Source: a virus
Taxonomy: Duplodnaviria > Caudoviricetes
Strand: one strand, 5' to 3'
DNA: 60,140 nucleotides
IMG/VR virus record: IMGVR_UViG_3300049070_000179
Location: 1 to 60,140 of that record
Shown here: piece after piece, positions 28,126 to 37,282 of the stretch
How the letters are laid out: every line of letters begins with the position of its first letter
Position numbering within the stretch: the first letter of the stretch is position 1
Program-made: the position numbers and the translations under genes
Notes under the pieces: generated by a model
Database searches by the model: none
What the model saw: the letters and a program-made list of their open reading frames with translations, nothing else
What the model was told of the DNA's origin: nothing

Positions 28126-28859
28126 CTTTTGAGGAAGAATTAGCGCAAATTCTCAGCCAGATTCCCGCTGTTGTTGAGAGAGCTTTTGCATTAGTGGAGC
28201 GGCATGGAAGCCACAACCAAAAGACACATGGGAATCGTTTTGGGGGATATGGCACAACTAAAGAGAGCTTGAGGCGACTAAAAGATGACAAGACAGAGAG
28301 GGAGAAGTACAAAAATAGGGCTAGGAAGCGACTGGGGCAAGCTGATAAAAAACAACAGAAGAAGCAAACAGGGGGAAGTCAATTAGAAACCCTGAGATCA
28401 ATAGAGAAAGACATCAGGAATCAAAGCTATGAAACAGCGGCTATTGTAGACAGTAAGGGCAGCATTTTGCTTAGAAAAGATGGTAGCAAGGACTATGTAC
28501 CATTTACTGACTCAGAAGTAAAATTGATGAGGGGGGCATCAATAACTCATAACCATCCAAGTGATAACTCATTTTCGCCAGAGGATGGCTATGTACTTGT
28601 TTTAAGTGGTGCGTCAGAAATAAGAGCAGTAGGCAAAAAGTGGACACACTCTCTAAAGCCAAGCCTAGGTAAAGAACTTGACCCAATTAGGGTAAAAAGC
28701 CAGATTGGTGCCCTTGATAGCATGGTAAAACAGAAGTTCTTGAGAGAAATCAACACAGGCAAAATGACTATTCAGCAAGCAGAGGCTGACCACTGGCATG
28801 AGGTTTGGACGGAAGCTTCTAAAAGAATTGGCTTTGAATATAGTAGGGAGGAACTGTAA
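28122..28859 (+). CDS. JAB/MPN-domain protein with N-terminal leader
   Basis: YETAAIVD (E) and THNHPSDNSFSPED (HxH-x6-SxxD). Confidence 0.75.
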   Translation: MTFEEELAQILSQIPAVVERAFALVERHGSHNQKTHGNRFGGYGTTKESLRRLKDDKTEREKYKNRARKRLGQADKKQQKKQTGGSQLETLRSIEKDIRNQSYETAAIVDSKGSILLRKDGSKDYVPFTDSEVKLMRGASITHNHPSDNSFSPEDGYVLVLSGASEIRAVGKKWTHSLKPSLGKELDPIRVKSQIGALDSMVKQKFLREINTGKMTIQQAEADHWHEVWTEASKRIGFEYSREEL

Positions 28860-29065
28860 TGCCAATAACTATAGATAAAGGCCATAATATACCCGTTTAT
28901 AGTCCAATTTGTACTTTTTGCAAGCACCTTAAAGAACAAGGACGTACTTGTAAAGCCTTTCCAGAAAAGGACTCTATTCCCATGGAAATTTGGACAGGGG
29001 AGAATGACCACAAGAAGCCTTATTCAGGCGATCATGGGATACGGTTTGAAAAAAGGATACCATGA
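28859..29065 (+). CDS. small Cys/His protein, candidate partner or immunity protein of the JAB effector
   Basis: CTFCKH...CKAFP..IP.EI..G..DH..P..GD.GI.FE; TAATG overlap. Confidence 0.6.
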   Translation: MPITIDKGHNIPVYSPICTFCKHLKEQGRTCKAFPEKDSIPMEIWTGENDHKKPYSGDHGIRFEKRIP

Positions 29066-29442
29066 GCGGCTCATATCAATTAAGTGCTATCGGTAGTTCT
29101 ACCATGTCTCTGTGGCCTTCCAACCCACTTACTAAAACTCCTCGCCTCAACAGGCTGGCGACAAGTGGGGCCGGTGCTCCAATATTCGCAGCCTTCTTCC
29201 AATGGGACTTTGGATGGGGGCCGGGTCCACGCTCGGACATGAGCTACTTTGAGTCCAGATATATTGCGGGAGGGCTATATAACGCCATTTTGCCACATCC
29301 TATTACAGGGGCTTTAGTGGGCTTTACAGGAGTGGCTATAGAGGACGTTAGCTATACGTTGGGGGAAGTGGAGCGGGACTCGTGGTATGATTCTCTTAGG
29401 GTGACCTTACGGGTGAATTTGTATGCGACGGGAACAGTTTAG
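29062..29442 (+). CDS. distal tail-like protein
   Basis: Synteny after tape measure, beta-rich. Confidence 0.5.
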   Translation: MSGSYQLSAIGSSTMSLWPSNPLTKTPRLNRLATSGAGAPIFAAFFQWDFGWGPGPRSDMSYFESRYIAGGLYNAILPHPITGALVGFTGVAIEDVSYTLGEVERDSWYDSLRVTLRVNLYATGTV

Positions 29443-29459
29443 CCATTGAGCATAAATAG

Positions 29460-32400
29460 ATGACCACTCTCGCCTGTTACGTCAACCAAACCTCAGATGA
29501 TGGCCGTCAAGTTGGCGGTACTGTCTCTATCTCTTCCTTGATCCAAGTTACAGCAGCTAATGACTGGATGGCCTTCCGCTTCCAGGATACACTACTTCCT
29601 CCACCGGGTTCCACCATCTTAATGGCTTATCTGACTCTCAATGTTACCTCAGCTACACGAGATGATCCCAACTTTGATATTTTTGCGGAGAAGAGTCCTG
29701 GTGCTCTTACTATAAGTGAGGTAACTAACAACCTTAGTGATAGGGCCAGGACAGGTAATAGCGTCTCCTGGGCAGAGACAAGTATAGGGGCGGGGCTAAA
29801 GAACTCGCCTAACTTGGCCTCTATTGTGCAAGAAGTCATTAGCCAGCCAGGTTGGATGAGCAGTGCTTTAATGATCCTGCTGAGGGGTAAAACGGGGGTG
29901 AATTTTGGCGTTACGGGCTTTGCTACTTTTGCCACCATTCTGACTATTGACTATATTCCCCCGGCGTTGGCATCTCCCCTCTCTTTTTATCTTGTGACGG
30001 AGAAGCTGCCTACCGTGTTCACCGGCCAACTTAACGCTACCCCTACGGACCCTTACATGACCTTAACAGGTGATGGTGGGGTAACTGGCTCATTCGGCGC
30101 TCCCTTGCCGGGGATGACAGTTTTTTTTGACAATGATGACCAAAAAACAGCGCGGTTGCGAAGCTGGACTCCAGGTACTACCGGAACTTTTACTATTAGT
30201 GTGGGCGAGAACGATGATATTACGCCTTATGTTGTTAACAATGACGATGTGAGTATTAAGGCACAATTTAGACTGTGGCCTATTTATCCCAGGGTATTGT
30301 TAGCGGGGGAGTCCGCTACCATTTATATTGACTATGATATACCCTATACCGATCAAACACGGTTGTGGAAGCCTGTAGCGGTTGCGCCTCCACCGGCTGT
30401 GGTGGAGTACAACGGGGCAACAGCACAAGCTAAATTCGTAGGGGATCGCTCTTTTACGCTCTCACCCTCAGCCAGTATATCTAGTTATTTGTGGACGGCA
30501 CCAGGAAGTGTGGAAGGTAGCAGTAGTAGTCAGGGAACAGAAGCCTCACCAGTTACATTTACCTGGACCTCGCCCGGTCAAAAGCTAGTTTACCTCAAAG
30601 TAACAGATAGTAACGGTAAAACAGCTACTAACTACACCTGGGTTTTTGCTGTTCCAACCGCTGATCCGACTACAGTAGCCTATACCCAATTCGATGAATT
30701 CAACGACAACTTTGACAGTGAGCAAGGGGGCGGCTCTTGCTCCTTTGTGGTACATGGCAATGCCAGTATAAGTGACTTCCCCAATGAGTGCTTAGTGATA
30801 ATGGCGAGTAGGCCAACTTCGCCGGGACAGGTTACGCCCACCTCTTATTGGCCCTTTAGAGACAATGTACACTTCGTCGGGTACATCATAGGCGATAGTG
30901 TGCGCCAAAATCCCCTTACAGGTGATGTGTCTTTTACGGCTGCTACTATTGACTCCCTGATGAAGAACCTGACAGTATTCCCGGTATCCCTAACCACAAA
31001 GGCTACCCCATTGGACTGGACTCAAGCAGCTAACCTCACAGCAGATAGGGCAGCATCTTATCTGTGGCACTACTATTCTACCCTCTCTCTAATGGCTCCT
31101 ATTCAACCGTGTGAGTATGCGGGCCTTATCTGGAGGCAGGACTTTGGACCGGGCGACCTCTTTAGCCAGCTTAATAATGAGCTAATGAGTTCTCTATGGG
31201 GCCGGGTAGTAGTTAACCATCAAGGGGTTGTGTATCATGAGATAGACTACAATTTGATGCTGACTTCTGAACGGGCCGGGGTTACTACGCGCAAAACCTT
31301 ACACAAAGGTTTGTGGGTAGATGACCTCTCTATTGAGGAGCGGATGGCCTACTCTCAGCCTACTAACACGGTTAAAATGTCAGGAGTGTTATACTTGGGG
31401 GGTGAGTTGGTGGACGTTTGCCCCTCCTTTAGTGAAGCCCCAGGCAATGCTCCTAAACCCTTTGGACGCGAACTAAACTATGACAGGCTTATATTAACCT
31501 CTCAAAGTGACTTAAATACCCGCTGCGGTCTAGCCCTAGCTAAAGCGGTTCCCAAGTACAGCGCGTTTATGATGCGCTTTATCAACGATGGCTCTTTTAC
31601 CATTGCTCCACAAGAACTATTCCCTACTATCATCGAGGCTAATGATAACAACCGGGGGCTGGCCCTTACCATTGATCTTATCCCCAGAAGGGTGAGCCGG
31701 CGCTACGATCACGATTCCGGCATCATAGAATACGATGTGAGCTTTGAGCCTGAGACGACTGGCCCACCGGGGGTTACAGTTGATCTGCCATGTGGCCCAC
31801 CAGCGCAGCAAAGATCACAAGATGACCCACCGGATGAACCCGATGAAGGCGTACCAGAGGAGTCCCTCAATGCTCTTGCCTTAGCGAATGAGGGCAGTAG
31901 CTTTTACCTGGGCAAAAGTGGGGGCCAGTGGGAGCGACGAGTCAAGGGGCTGACTACCTTAAACTTCCAGGATATGATAAAAGATCCTTGGAGCAACTTC
32001 AAACAGGGCAACAGTATAGAGAACATTATCTTGTGGGGGTGTGGCCCTAACTTTTTAGCTCATAGTAAAGACAGCGGTAAAAACTGGAGCGATCACACAG
32101 TATACATGGATGCGCCTCCCAACAGTTGGGGTGATGGCGCTACCCCTTCCTTTACCGGCACACTGGTTAAGCAGGTACTTGGCGACTACTTCAGGCAAGA
32201 CACCTTTTATGTCATGCTCCAAGTAGTAGACAGCGGGAACTATCGGGGGTGGATATATCGCACGGCTGACGATGGCTTTAATTTTACGCCTTATGCGCTT
32301 ACGGGGACTTCTCAGGCGCTACCGTTGAGGATGAGCATAGATACCCAGGATAGTAGTATCTTATGGTTAACCTTGTGGGAAGGCAACGGCAATATATCTC

Positions 32401-32738
32401 TAAGGAAGTATGGGGTAACGGGAACAGGGCTAACGCTCTCTTCTACCACCACTTTAATGACAGGTACAACCTCAGCCCAGGTGCTAACTAAAGAATTCGT
32501 GGCTTATCCGGGCGCTCCGTTTGGCAATAAAAACGCGCTCTACATCTATGGGAGGTTAACTAACCCAGTAGGGCTAGTAGGTACTGTAGCCATTATGAAG
32601 AGTCTCAACGCTGCCTCTAGCTTTGACATAATAGTAAGCGACTGGGGAGACGACCATTGCGGGGCAATGGGAGCAGGTGAAGCCGACCAAAACGGCTGGC
32701 GCTCGGTATGGGCAGTTCGCCAACCGGAGGAGTCCTAA
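29460..32738 (+). CDS. large tail-tip/hub protein (N-terminal carbohydrate-binding-like, PKD-like and BNR-propeller regions)
   Basis: 1092 aa; ISSYLWT...LKVTDSNG; SKDSGKNW, TADDG, SLNAA Asp-box-like repeats. Confidence 0.7.
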   Translation: MTTLACYVNQTSDDGRQVGGTVSISSLIQVTAANDWMAFRFQDTLLPPPGSTILMAYLTLNVTSATRDDPNFDIFAEKSPGALTISEVTNNLSDRARTGNSVSWAETSIGAGLKNSPNLASIVQEVISQPGWMSSALMILLRGKTGVNFGVTGFATFATILTIDYIPPALASPLSFYLVTEKLPTVFTGQLNATPTDPYMTLTGDGGVTGSFGAPLPGMTVFFDNDDQKTARLRSWTPGTTGTFTISVGENDDITPYVVNNDDVSIKAQFRLWPIYPRVLLAGESATIYIDYDIPYTDQTRLWKPVAVAPPPAVVEYNGATAQAKFVGDRSFTLSPSASISSYLWTAPGSVEGSSSSQGTEASPVTFTWTSPGQKLVYLKVTDSNGKTATNYTWVFAVPTADPTTVAYTQFDEFNDNFDSEQGGGSCSFVVHGNASISDFPNECLVIMASRPTSPGQVTPTSYWPFRDNVHFVGYIIGDSVRQNPLTGDVSFTAATIDSLMKNLTVFPVSLTTKATPLDWTQAANLTADRAASYLWHYYSTLSLMAPIQPCEYAGLIWRQDFGPGDLFSQLNNELMSSLWGRVVVNHQGVVYHEIDYNLMLTSERAGVTTRKTLHKGLWVDDLSIEERMAYSQPTNTVKMSGVLYLGGELVDVCPSFSEAPGNAPKPFGRELNYDRLILTSQSDLNTRCGLALAKAVPKYSAFMMRFINDGSFTIAPQELFPTIIEANDNNRGLALTIDLIPRRVSRRYDHDSGIIEYDVSFEPETTGPPGVTVDLPCGPPAQQRSQDDPPDEPDEGVPEESLNALALANEGSSFYLGKSGGQWERRVKGLTTLNFQDMIKDPWSNFKQGNSIENIILWGCGPNFLAHSKDSGKNWSDHTVYMDAPPNSWGDGATPSFTGTLVKQVLGDYFRQDTFYVMLQVVDSGNYRGWIYRTADDGFNFTPYALTGTSQALPLRMSIDTQDSSILWLTLWEGNGNISLRKYGVTGTGLTLSSTTTLMTGTTSAQVLTKEFVAYPGAPFGNKNALYIYGRLTNPVGLVGTVAIMKSLNAASSFDIIVSDWGDDHCGAMGAGEADQNGWRSVWAVRQPEES

Positions 32739-34049
32739 ATGGCTAGGACATGGACTCTTGTTACTACTATATCTCCACCGGCTACCGGGCAGGCTCGGTC
32801 GGTTCGCGCCCTTACCCTTGGTAGCAATGTTTACTTTGTGGCCAGGGGAGTATTTTACAAATGGGATGGAGTCACAGCAACAGCGATCTCAACTACTACT
32901 ACATTCCCTAATAGCCCCATTGGTGGCCTTACTCCTGAAGCGGTAGACTTCTGCATTTTTAACAGTCAGCTTTTTGCGGGGATCTCTTACAGCAATGGCG
33001 GTGAACCTGATGAGATGTATGTTTACACTGGGAGCGGCACAAGTTGGAGTCAGGATGATGTACTAGAAGATGAGGATGCTGTGTTCCCTTATCCACACTT
33101 GGCTGACGCTTCACCAACAAATGGCGAAGGCCGCTATTTTATAATGGATTGTGACTCTACTTACATGTTCATCTCTTGCCGGCAGCCTGTTACAGCCGGC
33201 CAGACTTCCATGAGGATGTTATACCGCAATACCAGCGCAGCTTACGGTGTAGTAGAAGTCCCAGCAGGTGGGTACGAGAATCCCCAACCTCAGCTAGTGG
33301 GGCTGAGTAAAGGCTATACGGACCCCTTAATAACCCTCAACCGAGTGAGTGCGGACACTTACCGGGTAGTACAACGGGGTAGCCCTAACTTTACCAATTT
33401 GTCGGCCAGTGACATAGGAGATAAGCGCCTTATCGGGTACGCCGATGGGAAGTCATTTTTAACCGTATTAGATGGAGGTAGCGGCAACTGGGAGCTTAAA
33501 TATAGTACGGACTGGGGCGTTAACTTAGTAGCAGCGGGGAATCTGGAAACAAGTCTTGTCAGTGGTAAGTCTAATATTGTGTTCAAAGACCTGGGTAGCG
33601 GCGCTATCATGGTTGCGGTTCCTGATGACACGCTAGGCACCGGCAATGATATTTACACCTGGGATTCTGTGACCGATACCTTTGTGGCCGATGGGTCCAT
33701 CTCGGATACCTTAAATGTCATTGACTTCTTTGTTCTCAACAATACACTTTACTTGCTCTCAACCTCAGCGACTGCTAACAGTGTAGATATTTGGACCGCT
33801 GGCTCAACCTGTCAAGCTAAGTTTTATTATGGCACAGAGGTTCCTGTTTTTACCTCTAATTTGCCGATATGTGGGGTGAGACCGGGAGGAATGGCTATTG
33901 CAGCTAAGAGCGGCTTAGTAGTGCTGGGAACGAATGGAGAGGCAGGGCCAGCGGTGGTATATGGGCAGTATCCTTACACCGGGGAGTGGTCGAATATTAG
34001 TGGAATTGTGCCATCTGGTACAAGCGTAAGCTCTATTAAGTTCTTATGA
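32739..34049 (+). CDS. beta-propeller tail protein / receptor-binding candidate
   Basis: YKWDG, FNSQLFAG, YSTDWG, LNNTLY repeats. Confidence 0.6.
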   Translation: MARTWTLVTTISPPATGQARSVRALTLGSNVYFVARGVFYKWDGVTATAISTTTTFPNSPIGGLTPEAVDFCIFNSQLFAGISYSNGGEPDEMYVYTGSGTSWSQDDVLEDEDAVFPYPHLADASPTNGEGRYFIMDCDSTYMFISCRQPVTAGQTSMRMLYRNTSAAYGVVEVPAGGYENPQPQLVGLSKGYTDPLITLNRVSADTYRVVQRGSPNFTNLSASDIGDKRLIGYADGKSFLTVLDGGSGNWELKYSTDWGVNLVAAGNLETSLVSGKSNIVFKDLGSGAIMVAVPDDTLGTGNDIYTWDSVTDTFVADGSISDTLNVIDFFVLNNTLYLLSTSATANSVDIWTAGSTCQAKFYYGTEVPVFTSNLPICGVRPGGMAIAAKSGLVVLGTNGEAGPAVVYGQYPYTGEWSNISGIVPSGTSVSSIKFL

Positions 34050-36091
34050 GCAATTACAGCGAATTAGTTGGAATCCTAAAAGAACTTCTTTTTAACCGGT
34101 TTTATCCGCGCCCTGAATATATCAGGGGCCTACTGGGCGATGGGCGCGGTAACGTCCTAGTTCCCGACAGACCTGACTACAACTATGTCAGGTTCAGTCG
34201 CGCCTCTACTGAGACCTTTGAAGTGTTCAACAAGGAGGTCTCACAACCCGTTGATGGTTGGCCCGTGCTGGTCGGAGAGCTACCTTGGATTCCGGGACTA
34301 ATTCAGGTAGTAGCAACCGATTGGGCAGCTTACGCTCAAACAGGATGGGGCGACTCCGTCGCCTCTATTCAGGCTCATGCGCCTACTCACGAATGGCCTA
34401 ATTTTACCCCTGGTAGCGATTCTGTTAACGTTTATCTGCGGGCCATGACCCCCATGAGAACGCAGGCAGCAGGTAGCGGCTCCTCATCGGTTATTGTCAC
34501 CTCCTACGAATACGATGGCCAGACAGGAACTAACTACAACTGGCTAGGAGTACCCCCTTTTAGCCTTCAGCCTGCTACGCCTGCGACTGGGACTATGCGG
34601 TACATGGGCGTTTACCTTAACCCGCTTACCAACACTCTGGGGGTGGTAACAGGTTCTACCACCATTTATACAGATGCCTTAGAGCCAGATAGGCCCGCAT
34701 GGCCTCGTGGGGTATATCCATCGGCTTATGTGCGGTTGTATGGTGGGCAGGCAGCGATCACGGAGCGGGATGTAAGAGATGCGCGACGCCTATGGAACAA
34801 TACCCTCATTTACACGGGTTCGATGGGGCCTCACAACATTCTCTCGCAGTTCCACTCAGATACCCTAACCGCTAACGTGGTATCAGGTGATCTGCTGTAT
34901 GGTAATGCTACCCCTAAGTGGACTCGCCTACCAATTGTCACCGGCTCATTCTTAGGGAGCAATGCCGGCACACCTGCCTGGGGGCCATTGCCTTACGCTA
35001 GCCAGGCTGAGGTAGATGCGGGGGTGAATACGGCTAAAATTGTCTCACCGGCGACTTTAGCTGCTACTCCTAAAGCTTTGCCCTCAGCCGGTCGCCTAAC
35101 ACTCGTTACCGGCACCGCTGTTATGACTTCAAGTGTAACCGCTGCTACTACCATTTATTATACGCCTTACTTGGGTGGCACAGTCGCGCTTTATGATGGT
35201 TCAATTTGGCGACCTATACCCTTCACTGAAGTCAGTGTAGCTGTTCCCTCTACTATTTACCGGCACTTTGACATCTTTGGGTACAATAATGGTGGAGTGT
35301 TGGCTCTTGAGACTGTTAATTGGAACTTGTCAACGGGTAATATCACCGGGACAACCAACGCAACGCCTATTGTGGTCACAAGTGCGGCACATGGGCTGAG
35401 CAATAATGACGTGGTAGGGGTAGCAGGCGTAGGCGGGAATACAGCGGCTAATGGTATATGGTCACTGACCAACATAACGACGAATACGTTTGAGCTAGCG
35501 GGTTCAACCGGTAACGGGGCTTATACTGGGGGTGGCATATGGTACAAGCTAAATGCAACTCGTGCGACTTTGCTCACCCTCCAAAACGGGATATACGTTA
35601 AAAGCGGGGATGCGACCCGGCGCTATTTGGGCACCGGACTAACAACTGATACCAGCGGGCAAACTGAGTTCTCGACTACCAGGCGCTTTTTATGGAACTA
35701 TCACAACCGTACAATTATCCAGGCTGAATTGTCGGATATTACCAACCATACCTATACTTCAGCTACTACAAGAGTATACAGGAATGTAAACACCAATAGG
35801 ATAGACTGTGTTATTGGAGTCGTCGAGGATAGTTACACCGTTAGCTTAGTGGCAGAGATCAACTTCGACGCCGGGGACGGAGCAGTTATAACGGGCATGG
35901 GGCTAAATGATACCGGGGTCAACACCTTAACAACTAGAATGAGCGATGTAGGGCAATTTAGGCACATCGCGGACTTTTTGATGAGGTATCCTAGCAATAC
36001 GGGGTATAATTTGTTCCAGCTTCTGGAGACAGGAGCAGCCACATCGCCGGACTTTATCTTAGCGCGGGTGAGGATGACATTTAAGGGATGA
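34046..36091 (+). CDS. tail fibre protein with FCCH-like beta domain
   Basis: ASQAEVDAG...VSPATL, GRLTL.TGT.V, ITGTTNATPIVVTSAAHGL, LWNYHNR. Confidence 0.7.
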   Translation: MSNYSELVGILKELLFNRFYPRPEYIRGLLGDGRGNVLVPDRPDYNYVRFSRASTETFEVFNKEVSQPVDGWPVLVGELPWIPGLIQVVATDWAAYAQTGWGDSVASIQAHAPTHEWPNFTPGSDSVNVYLRAMTPMRTQAAGSGSSSVIVTSYEYDGQTGTNYNWLGVPPFSLQPATPATGTMRYMGVYLNPLTNTLGVVTGSTTIYTDALEPDRPAWPRGVYPSAYVRLYGGQAAITERDVRDARRLWNNTLIYTGSMGPHNILSQFHSDTLTANVVSGDLLYGNATPKWTRLPIVTGSFLGSNAGTPAWGPLPYASQAEVDAGVNTAKIVSPATLAATPKALPSAGRLTLVTGTAVMTSSVTAATTIYYTPYLGGTVALYDGSIWRPIPFTEVSVAVPSTIYRHFDIFGYNNGGVLALETVNWNLSTGNITGTTNATPIVVTSAAHGLSNNDVVGVAGVGGNTAANGIWSLTNITTNTFELAGSTGNGAYTGGGIWYKLNATRATLLTLQNGIYVKSGDATRRYLGTGLTTDTSGQTEFSTTRRFLWNYHNRTIIQAELSDITNHTYTSATTRVYRNVNTNRIDCVIGVVEDSYTVSLVAEINFDAGDGAVITGMGLNDTGVNTLTTRMSDVGQFRHIADFLMRYPSNTGYNLFQLLETGAATSPDFILARVRMTFKG

Positions 36092-36495
36092 TAAAGATCA
36101 TTATCAATAAGGTAGTTAACATCAGGTGGTTGACCAGGGAATTGCAAGCGGCTGGAGTCACTGTTTTTAGTGTTAGTGAGGGTTATGCTGAAGTTCTTGC
36201 AGCGCATGAGACATTGGCCCTTAGTGTCATTGCAGCCCATGACCCCCTTAACAACCCGGATATTTTAGAGAAGTTGGACATGGATGCCCTGAAGAGCCAG
36301 ATCACCAATGAACTAGCATGGATCGTAACTGCACGAGCCGACATAACAACAGGCATAGGTGTTATAGATGGGGGTGCTACATTGGTACAACTACGGGGTG
36401 TAGTGAAGGGACTGGCGCAAATAATGGACAGGATGTTACAGGAGCAGGACAAGGAACTGAGGGCATGGCGGTTTGTTATTAGGAAGCTGAGCTAA
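36088..36495 (+). CDS. tail fibre-associated protein
   Basis: VIAAHDP motif, last gene of late operon. Confidence 0.55.
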   Translation: MIKIIINKVVNIRWLTRELQAAGVTVFSVSEGYAEVLAAHETLALSVIAAHDPLNNPDILEKLDMDALKSQITNELAWIVTARADITTGIGVIDGGATLVQLRGVVKGLAQIMDRMLQEQDKELRAWRFVIRKLS

Positions 36496-37217
36496 ATAAG
36501 CCGCATTTGTCCCAGTTCGCTCCCTATTGTATCCATGACAGGCAAGCCCTGGTACTCATCCTCATCTACAACAGCGGTGTAAGGCGGGGCTAGGTAGTCA
36601 TTCAAAGCCCCAAATTTATCGTTGTAAGGAACCTCATTGCCCCAACAGTCCCAGCCCTTTACTTCTTTACGGGCGAACAACTCGCATTTAGAGATATCCT
36701 CCCCCAACAACTTAATAATGGCTTCTCCGACAATAGAGGGCTTAACCGAGTGTTCGCCTCTAGGCCATGTAATAAGGTTGGGTATCCCCTTGTCAACTCT
36801 TTTGACACCGTTCCCCCTTTTGCCCAATAAGACGATCTCAGGGTTCCCATGTGTGTAGTAGCCAAGTCCAAAATGCCAGCCAATTCCCGATGGATTCAAC
36901 TTGATCCAGGTAAAAGCTACTGTAGTGAACCTGTAGCCGTAAATAGACATAAGCTCTAGTGCTTCATTAAGTTTAGGATAAGTAGCCCACATGAACATGA
37001 GGGAATCCTTGCAACCTAGCTCACCTATCGGTAACTTTTTAAGATCATCAGAGGACATTACAGGGTAAGGCGAGCGTCCATTACGACGCGCCCACTTCTC
37101 ACCTCTTTTGGAGAGTTCCCCGATGCTCCAGTTTTGGAAGCGCCAAGGAGGATCAAGGTAGATGGCTTTGTACACACTTTTAGTCCTTTTTGAGTTAGTC
37201 ACAACCCTCTCAAACAT
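36492..37217 (-). CDS. MT-A70 family N6-adenine methyltransferase
   Basis: IYLDPPW, LMFMWAT, HSVKP, ELFAR, WGNE. Confidence 0.9.
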   Translation of the reverse strand: MFERVVTNSKRTKSVYKAIYLDPPWRFQNWSIGELSKRGEKWARRNGRSPYPVMSSDDLKKLPIGELGCKDSLMFMWATYPKLNEALELMSIYGYRFTTVAFTWIKLNPSGIGWHFGLGYYTHGNPEIVLLGKRGNGVKRVDKGIPNLITWPRGEHSVKPSIVGEAIIKLLGEDISKCELFARKEVKGWDCWGNEVPYNDKFGALNDYLAPPYTAVVDEDEYQGLPVMDTIGSELGQMRLI

Positions 37218-37282
37218 TAGTTAAACGTTAGTCAGCCATTAGTCGCCAATATTTTACAGTTACCTCAGCGACTAACCCTTGA

